64,000 nt of DNA. It comes from Eledone cirrhosa (taxonomy: Eukaryota). The stretch is from positions 226,238,001-226,302,000 of the forward strand of contig OZ024742.1 in NCBI GenBank assembly GCA_964016885.1. Direction: 5' to 3'. Of the stretch, positions 56,029-64,000 are shown piece after piece. Position 1 is the first letter of the stretch. Every line of letters starts with the position of its first letter. The translations under genes were made by a program, and so were the position numbers. The notes beneath the pieces are model-generated. The model did no database searches, was not told the DNA's origin, and saw only the letters and a list, made by a program, of their open reading frames with translations.

Positions 56029-56547
56029 ACCAATCAAATTACATTTATAAAAAAAGCCTCCGTGAACCACTTTTTTTTAAGTAAAAAGAAATTCAAACAC
56101 AAACTGGCGCGAAAGCTGATGTGCTTATTCACGTGACTACATCACCAACCAAACTTCACTCATATATGAAAAAATAATCTGACCCCCCCCCCCCCCCCAT
56201 CTTTTTTTTTTAAGGCAAATTTCACCCAACCAAATTACTTCTCTAAAAACCTAGCATTTTGAGCCACTTTTTTCCATATAAAACATAAGTAACATTCAAA
56301 CACCAACCAGATGTGAGAAAAACCACAAACCCTCCATTTCAGTTCTACTTTTGAAAAGCAGAAGAACTGCGAAACTGGTAAAAGAACCAAATAAATATAT
56401 TTAAAAAAAAAAAGACTCCTGTTGCATTTTCGATTTCATCTTTTTTCCTTATACTTTCACTTGTGTAGGACACCTCGATTTTTTTCATTTTGTAAAAAAG
56501 CCTCACTTTCTAATATATATATATATATATATATGTACACACACATA

Positions 56548-59500
56548 TATCATCATCATCATCATCCTCATCATCATTTTACACCCGCTTTTCCCTGCTT
56601 GCAAGGGTGGGACGGGTCCTATTTAGCACAGCATCTCTCCACTTGTCACGTCCTTCGTCATCTCCACCGTAAGCTTCAGCGATCTGAGGTCTGCTCTCAC
56701 CGGTCATCCTCCATGCGCATCACATGTCCATACCATCGCAGTCTCCTCTCCCGCACACTACAATTTATCCCTCTCAGACACAGTTTCTCTCTCAACACAT
56801 CCATGCTCGGTCGATCATGCACATTGACATTGCACATCCAACAGAGCATGTTTGCCTCATTTCTCTCCAGCTGTCGCATATCCCATGCAGTTGCTGCCCA
56901 TGTCTCACTACCATGCAGCATCACGCACCTCACGCAGGCATCATATAACCGGCCTTTCGTACGCAGGGAGAAACCTTTCTTCATCAGCAGAGGAAGCAGC
57001 TCCCTAAACTTCTTCCAACCCGTCCTTATTCTAGATACAATGGCCGCGGAACACCCACCCTCCCATGCTAATCTGATCACCTAGGTACCGGAAGCTATCA
57101 ACCACTTCTATAGCACCCACCTGCATTTGAAAAATGTGTCTATCAATGCGACTTCTACTGTCTAATTTCCCGTACATCTACTGTATACATATTTCTCCCT
57201 ACCTGTTAGTTTGCTTGCTATCCCACTACATCTCTTGTGTACCCAAGATCTGCATTGTGTGCATTTTATAGAATTTATGCCAGTTCTTTTCTGCATATCA
57301 AACTTGGCCATTTCCCTGACGGAATCAGAGTTTTGTCTTCTTTTCTACTCATCAACACTTTTGTTTTAGCTAGGTTCACTCTCAGTCCTCTTGCTTCCAA
57401 CTGCTGTTTCCATAGCCAAAATTTATTCACTAGCTCCTCTACTGATTCTGCTATAAGAACCAGATCGTCAGCATAGAGAAGTTCCCATGGTCAGCTAGTC
57501 TTAAACTCCTCTGTTATGGGTTGGAGGACTATAATGAACAATAGAGGGCTGAGGACCGAACCTTGATGTACTCCTACTTGTATCTGGAATTCCTCACTAA
57601 ACTCAATTCCTACCCTGACTTTACTGACAGTACCTCTGTACAAAGTTTGCACTGTCCTCACAAGCCATTCCTCAACACCCTATCAAAGGCCTTCTCTAGG
57701 TCAACAAAGGCTAAGTATAGTGGCTTATTTTTCTCTAAGAACCTCTCTTGTAATTGTCTCACCAAGAAGAAGGCATCTGTTGTACTCTTCCCAGGCACAA
57801 AACCAAACTGCATCTCATCTAGTTTGACCCTTTCTCTAATTAGTTGTGCTAATATCCTTTCTGTCACTTTCATAACCTGATCCATCAGTTTTATGCCCCT
57901 ATAATTGCTTCTCTTCAGAGCATCCTCTTTACCTTTGTAGCAATTCATGAGAATACTGCTGCACCAGTCTTTGGGTATGACACCACCATAAATAGCCTGA
58001 TTGATGATGCGTGCAACCAGTTTAGTGCCTACGTCCCCTGATGCCTTCAGCATCTCAGCAACTATCCCCGATGGTCCAGCAGCCTTACCATTTTTCATTT
58101 CCTTAACCGCCTCTTCGACCCTATATTCGTCAATCTCAATAGCTGGTCCCTCTGTCGGATCTACTGTGGGTAATTTCTCTCTCTCCCATTCATTCTCCAC
58201 ATTCATCAGTCCCTCATAATGACATTTCCAGGCCTTTTTTTTCTGATCATTCGTAACACTAAGTACACCGGCATCATTCTGAACACATTTATCTCCAACA
58301 ACATCCTGATTTGCATTGACACACTGCCTTGCAATGTGGAACACCGCACGCTTCTGATCTTCCCATCACAGAACATTGGCAAACCTCCTACTCTCAGCCT
58401 CCCTGCGTGCTAAGTACACCTGAAGTCTAGATTCTCTCTTAGCGGCTGTATATCCTTCTCTACTCCCACCCTTTTTCCAAGCCTTCCATCCTAGTCTTTT
58501 GTCTCTAATGGCCCTATCTACCATGCTGTTCCACCACCAGGTCACTCTCTATCTAGTTGGAGCTCTGCTGCAGCCACAAGTTTCATCAGTAGCCTGTAGT
58601 AAGTTGTCACATAAGAAATTCCAGTTATCATCTATGTCATACGACTCTAAATCGTCTTCTTTTTCGTCATACACATCTTGAAGGGCTTTCTTAAATTTGT
58701 ATTTTAGTGAAAGGTCTTTTGGCTTCCAGACCTTTTTTCTCCACACCTTCCTGTATGTTTCATTCCGTCTCTTGCTTACTGAGATATCACTAACAACTAA
58801 CCTATGCTATAAGGTACATTCTCCCCCAGGGTATGCCTTGGTATTTGACACCATTTGCCTGTCCCGCTGCCTAACTAGTAAGAAGTCAATCTGGCTTATG
58901 TGCTCACCTGATTTGTAGGTTATTAAGTGGTTGGCAGGTTTCTGGAAGTTAGTGTTGCAAATAGTCAGTGTATTTGCATCACAAAATTCAAGAAGTCTAA
59001 CTCCTTCTTCATTTCTTGAGCCGTAACTGTGCCCACCATGTACCCAAGTGTAACCATCCTGGAGCTGTCCAAAATGACCATTGAAGTCCCCTGCTAGCAT
59101 AACGATGTCTCCGTCCTCTGTCATTGCGGTTGTTTGTAAAAGTTGCTCGTAAAAGCAGTCTTTCTCTTCTTTACCTAGGCCTGGCTGGGGAGCATAGGCA
59201 GAGATAATTGTCAGTAGTCTCCTGCCTACAACTAATCTAAGCTTAATTATTCTATTATTAGCTCGAACTACCTGTATTGTCTTATCGATCCATCTCTCAG
59301 CCAACAAAATGCCTACTCCCCCTAACCCATCATCCTTACCTACCCAGAAAAGCTTATAAGTAAGATGTTTGCCTGCGGTTAGTCTTGCAGAGGCACCTCT
59401 CCATCTCACCTCTTGCACGCAGCACACATCTACATGCCTTCTCTCCAGCATCTCTGCTATTTCACCAGATCTACCTGAGAGAGTGCCAACATTAAGTGTT

Positions 59501-59800
59501 GCAACTCTGAGATGCAACGTCTTCATATTCTTGTTCCTTTTCCTGTAATGCGATTGCTTGAAGATGGTGGGGGATTCTCGTACATGGCCGCACCAGCCAC
59601 CCCACTACCATCCGCAGCCCTAACATGGTTAGTGTTATTGCTGTTTACACAGTGTTATTGTTTACACAGTTATTGCGATATATATTTGTTGTTGTGCTCA
59701 TAATTGTTTTGGCATTGATACACTGGTTGTATGCCCTTCCTAACACTAGTGCCACTTTACAGCATAGACTGGATGCTTTTATTCGTGCCACCAGCACTAG
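56548..59800 (-). mobile_element. Near-full-length RTE LINE (APE endonuclease, RT, PHD-like finger), pseudogenised
   Basis: ORF 58807-59526 has APE motifs (ATLNV, CVQE, SAYAPQ, GDFNGH, SQIDF). ORFs 57658-58344 and 56697-57080 cover RT and the C-terminus. Tail at 56548-56577; putative 5' UTR to ~59800. Confidence 0.95.
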
Positions 59801-60409
59801 AGAGGATGTCTTACTGGACTCATGGGCGCTCTCTACCCCTCCATTTTACAGCATGGTCATAACAATAATAACAATAATAATAACATTATTAATAATTATT
59901 AATTAATGCAATTGTGCAATGCCTGTGAGTGAAGAATATTTTTAAAGTGAGGAAAGACTGTGCACTGAGCCAATCCCACTCTCTGAGCGACAGTAGCTAT
60001 AACCCGAAAAGAAGAAAAGATCAACATCATCAGTAACTACTGAGCCGCAGGTTTTATGTCAGAGTTAACCCAGTTTCCTGAGATGCCTTCTCCTAGAAGA
60101 ATGCCCTGACAAGGGCTAAGGGTCCTTTTCTCCCAGTGGTTTAACTGCGCGATCGGGTATCCAGCCTGATTATTTCTATGTCCCCGCGCAAAATAAAAAA
60201 AAAAAAATATTAATCAATTAATGACACTCATACGTACAACACACACACACACTCACTCACACACCAACACTCATGCATACAAACACACACACGCCACTCA
60301 CTTACACACACACACTCACTCACATACCAACACTCATGCATACAAACACACACACCACTCACACACACATATATATATATAATTGGTGGTAACACTAAGA
60401 CAGCGTCTA

Positions 60410-60846
60410 AGCATAATGAGGTGAATATTGAAACATATATGATACGTTTACTTACAATAAACATATGGGCAGCCTTAATGCCGAAGAAAATTATTTTTCT
60501 ATAACGAAACGAAACAAAACAAAACGAAACGAAAAATATTTTATATTTCTCTATTTTCCTCTGTGAATATATTACAGAGTTGCCAGTAAGTTCTGAGAAT
60601 ATCAGACAACACTGTTTCAAGATTTGTAAATCTTTCATCAGTGACACTCACTCAAAAGGTACTGGTATGAAATAGTAAATAGAAAATATCAGCTGGAAAT
60701 AGTAATTTGCATATAGTGTGAGCTGGGTTGGTTATATTTAATCATAACAGAGGTGTATATGAAAACATATAAACATATTTAATACGTTTATATACAATAA
60801 ACATATGGATAGCTTTTACTGCTGAAGAACAGTATCTTTCTGTAAC
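60410..60846. repeat. Diverged ~100-bp direct repeats 340 bp apart, bracketing the hammerhead
   Basis: tacgttta..tacaataaacatatgg..agc.tt...tgc.gaagaa at 60443 and 60783 (offset 340). Confidence 0.8.
60597..60649 (-). ncRNA. Type I hammerhead ribozyme (intact core, GUC cleavage triplet)
   Basis: Minus strand: GAGUGUCA-CUGAUGA-AAGAUU(UACA)AAUCUU-GAA-ACA(GUGU)UGU-C^UGAUAUUC. Stem I is 8 bp (2 G-U), stem II 6 bp, stem III 3 bp. Confidence 0.8.
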
Positions 60847-61182
60847 ACATATACACACACACATACATACATACATAATTACATTTATTTATGCACACAT
60901 ATATATAATATTCATACAGACAGTATTATCTTCAGACAATAAGACCATTTGCCTATCACTCTGCCTATCAATCTGCCTATCTATAAAGAGAGACATTTAT
61001 ATATACGTGTAAATATATATTTACACATACATATATATCTTTCCAGGTTTACATTTTATCTTCTGCCAACATATATATCTACCTACTTATCTATCTAACT
61101 GTTTATCTATGCAAAAAAGCCATGTTTATATATGTATGCATATATTTATTTATACATACTTATATATTTACACATACATTTT

Positions 61183-63975
61183 CATCATCATCATCGTTTT
61201 TACATCCATTTTTCCATGCTTGCATGGGTTAACAGGTCTCACAACGTCTCTCCACTCATCAGGCTCCTCCGTCATCTCCTCTATGAGTCTCAGCAATTTG
61301 AGATCAGTTCTCACCCTGTGTCGAGCTCTTCCTTAGTCTACCTCTACTGCAGCTACTATCCACTGATATCTCCTAGCACCTCTTCACCCAGCGACTGTCA
61401 TCTATGTGCATCACATACCAATGCTGTCGTCTCTCTTGCATACAACTTCGGATTCCTCTTAAATCTATTTTCTTTCTCAGTTCCTCCAAGCTCTGCCTTT
61501 CTCTCACATTACACATTCAATGAAGTATGGTTGTTTCATTATTCTCCAGCATACGCATATCCTCGGCAGTCACTGTCGCCCATGTTTCACTACCATGCAG
61601 CATTGCATTTTGCACACAGACTTCATACCGTCGTTCTTTTGTATGTAAGGAGAAACCTTTTGTTCTCAACAGTGGGAGTAGCTCTCTAAACTTCTTCCAT
61701 CCTATCCTTATTTTAGCTATTATGCTCTGAGAACACCTTCCTTCACTGCTAATTAAGTCACCTAGGTAGCAGAAGCTATCAACCACTTTTATGGATCCTT
61801 CCTGTGATTTCAAGAGGTTTATATCACTGCCGCTCTTCCCTTCAATTTCCCCTGTGCATCTACATACAAAGTCTTCCTTTCCTGTTATCTCGCCATATCT
61901 CATGTGTATCCAAGGCTTATATTGGGAGTTTATGCCTACTCCTTGTCTGCATCTTGAGCAGAGCCACTTCCCTGAAAGCGATCAGGGTTCTATCTTCTTT
62001 CCTACTTACTAGCATTTTAGTTTTGGTTAAGTTTACTCTTAGACCTTTTGATTCTAAATTCTGTTTCCATAGTCAGAACCTATTCTCTAGTTCTTTTATG
62101 GAGTCAGCTATGAGGACCAAATCATCTGCATAGAGAAGTTCCCATTTTAAACTTCTCTGATGAATAGTAGTGGGCTAAGAACCAAACCTTGATGAGCTCC
62201 TTCCTGTACCTTGAATTTCTCACTAAACTCATTTCCTATTCTCACTTTACTAACAGCTCCTCTATACATGGCTTGCATTGCTCTCACAAACCATTCTTAT
62301 ACACCTAATTTCCTTAAGGACCACCAGATATTTGATAGAGGTACTCTGTCAGAGGCCTTTTCTAGATCAACAAAAGCTAAATATAATCGCTCATTCTTGT
62401 CTATGAACTTCTCTTGTAATTGTCTTACTAAAAATAAGGCATCTGTAGTACATTCCCCAGGCATTAAACCAAACTGCATCTAATCTAATTTCACTCTTTC
62501 CCTAATTAGCTCTTTCCATCACATTCATAACTTGGCTCATTAGTTTTATTCTTCTATAGTTGCTCCTTTCTAGAGCATCACCTTTGCCCTTGTAACATTT
62601 TACAGTTGTACTGCTGCGTCAGTCATTGGGTTTGACACCTTTCTGTATTATCTGATTGACTATGTGGGTTACTAGTTCGACTCCTACTTCTGATGCTTTT
62701 AACATCTCAGCATCTATCTCTGACTGTCCTATAACTTCTTGATTGCTTCTTTGTGCCTATACCTGTTAACTTCAATAGCTGGTCCTTCTATTGGGTAATT
62801 TGGGAGTAGTCTTTCCCCCTCCCATCCATTCTCAGCATTCATCAGTTTCTCATAGTAACATTTCCAGGCCTCTTTCTTTTGGGCATTACTGGTGCTAAGT
62901 GTACCAGTGTCATTTCTAACACATTTTTGTCCAACAACATTCTGATTCACGCTCACACACTGCCTTACAATGCAGAACACTTCACATTGTTGATCCTTAT
63001 GTCTCAAGACATTGGTAAACTTTATTTTTTCAGTCTCTCTCCGAGCTGCATACACCTGTTGTTCAACTTCTCTCTTAGCTACCTGGCACCGGTCTCTGTT
63101 ACCCCTATTTTACCAGATTTTCTGCACCTGTCTCTTAGATGGTTCTATCCACTGTGCTATTCCTCCACTAGGTCACCCTCTGTCTGGCTGTTGTTTTACT
63201 CCAGCCACAAGTCTCATCAGTCATTGACAAAAGGTTGTCATGCAAACATTTCCAATTGTCCTCTATGTTACCCCTTTCATCAAATGCAACCCATAAGGCT
63301 TTTCTAAACTTATATGTAACCAAAAGGTCCTTTAGCTTCCACACCCTCTATTTCCATGTTTTCCAGCATATATTGTTCTGTCTTGTTTTTAATCTGATGT
63401 CACTAATAACTAACTTGTGTTGGGCAACTCATTTTGCCCCAAAGAAGGCCTTAGCATTTATTATACTCCATTTATCTAGTTGTGTTACAAGTAAGAAATC
63501 AAACTAGCTTGTGTGTTTGCCTGATTGGTATGAAATTAGGTGGCTGGCTGGCTGGTTTCCTGAAATTTGTGTTGCAAATAGTTAGTTCATTTGCATCACA
63601 TAATTCCAGGAGCCTCGCTATCTCTTCATTTCTTAAGCTATAACCATAGCTACCGTGAACTCAATTGAATCCATCCTGATTCTATCCAGCATGTCCATTG
63701 AAGTCGCCTATCAAGATGAAGTCTCTTTCATCAATAGCTGAGGATGTCTGTAAAAGTTCCTCATAGAACTTGTCCTTTTGTTCTTTACTCAGTCCTGCCT
63801 GTGGTGCATAGGTAGATGTAATTGCCACAATTCTATTTCCTACAGCTATTCAAAGATAGATAATTCTGTCACTTACTCTAACTGCTTCTATCACCTTATC
63901 TATCCATTTCTTGGCAAGCAGAATGCCTACACCACCTACCCCATCATCATTTCCTGCCCAGTAAAGTTTGTATCT
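61183..63975 (-). mobile_element. Decayed RTE LINE, 5'-truncated within APE
   Basis: ORFs 62729-63055, 62297-62479 (FVDLEKASDRV) and 61517-61903 (FCYLG..HGSETW), GDFNGH at ~63692-63709, and a (cat)n tail at 61183. Confidence 0.93.
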
Positions 63976-64000
63976 AATACACATATATTTATACGTACAT

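Noticed and set aside
56548-59800. Active autonomous RTE
   Set aside because: Multiple stops, frameshifts and internal deletions (after AFDRV and after MEDDR).

Overview
Gene-poor, repeat-dense animal genomic DNA. The SINE and RTE families suggest a cephalopod (Octopus-like), which is an inference. No host protein-coding gene could be supported. The centre is a ~23 kb array of a 21-bp unit (ACCAACACCACCATHACTACM, ~17.9-41.1 kb, roughly 1,100 copies), almost G-free on the + strand, with clear ~3-5 kb higher-order repeats. The long Val/Met/Gly ORFs in the track are by-products of this array. The flanks are a mosaic of decayed mobile elements: many RTE-clade LINE copies (one near full length, 56.5-59.8 kb, with a PHD-type zinc finger inside the RT region), a mariner relic, CR1, R4/Dong-like, CRE-like and Penelope (GIY-YIG) fragments, tRNA-derived SINEs (including Nin-domain-like copies), piggyBac-type MITEs and microsatellites. 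The most notable items are (i) an apparently intact type I hammerhead ribozyme (60597-60649, minus strand) between direct repeats 340 bp apart, resembling a retrozyme or Penelope terminal unit, (ii) a 334-bp palindrome of two head-to-head tRNA-like Pol III units, and (iii) the array's higher-order structure and its variation concentrated at every third base (a Thr-rich TNTTITT reading). All alignments and folds were done by eye, so boundaries are approximate.
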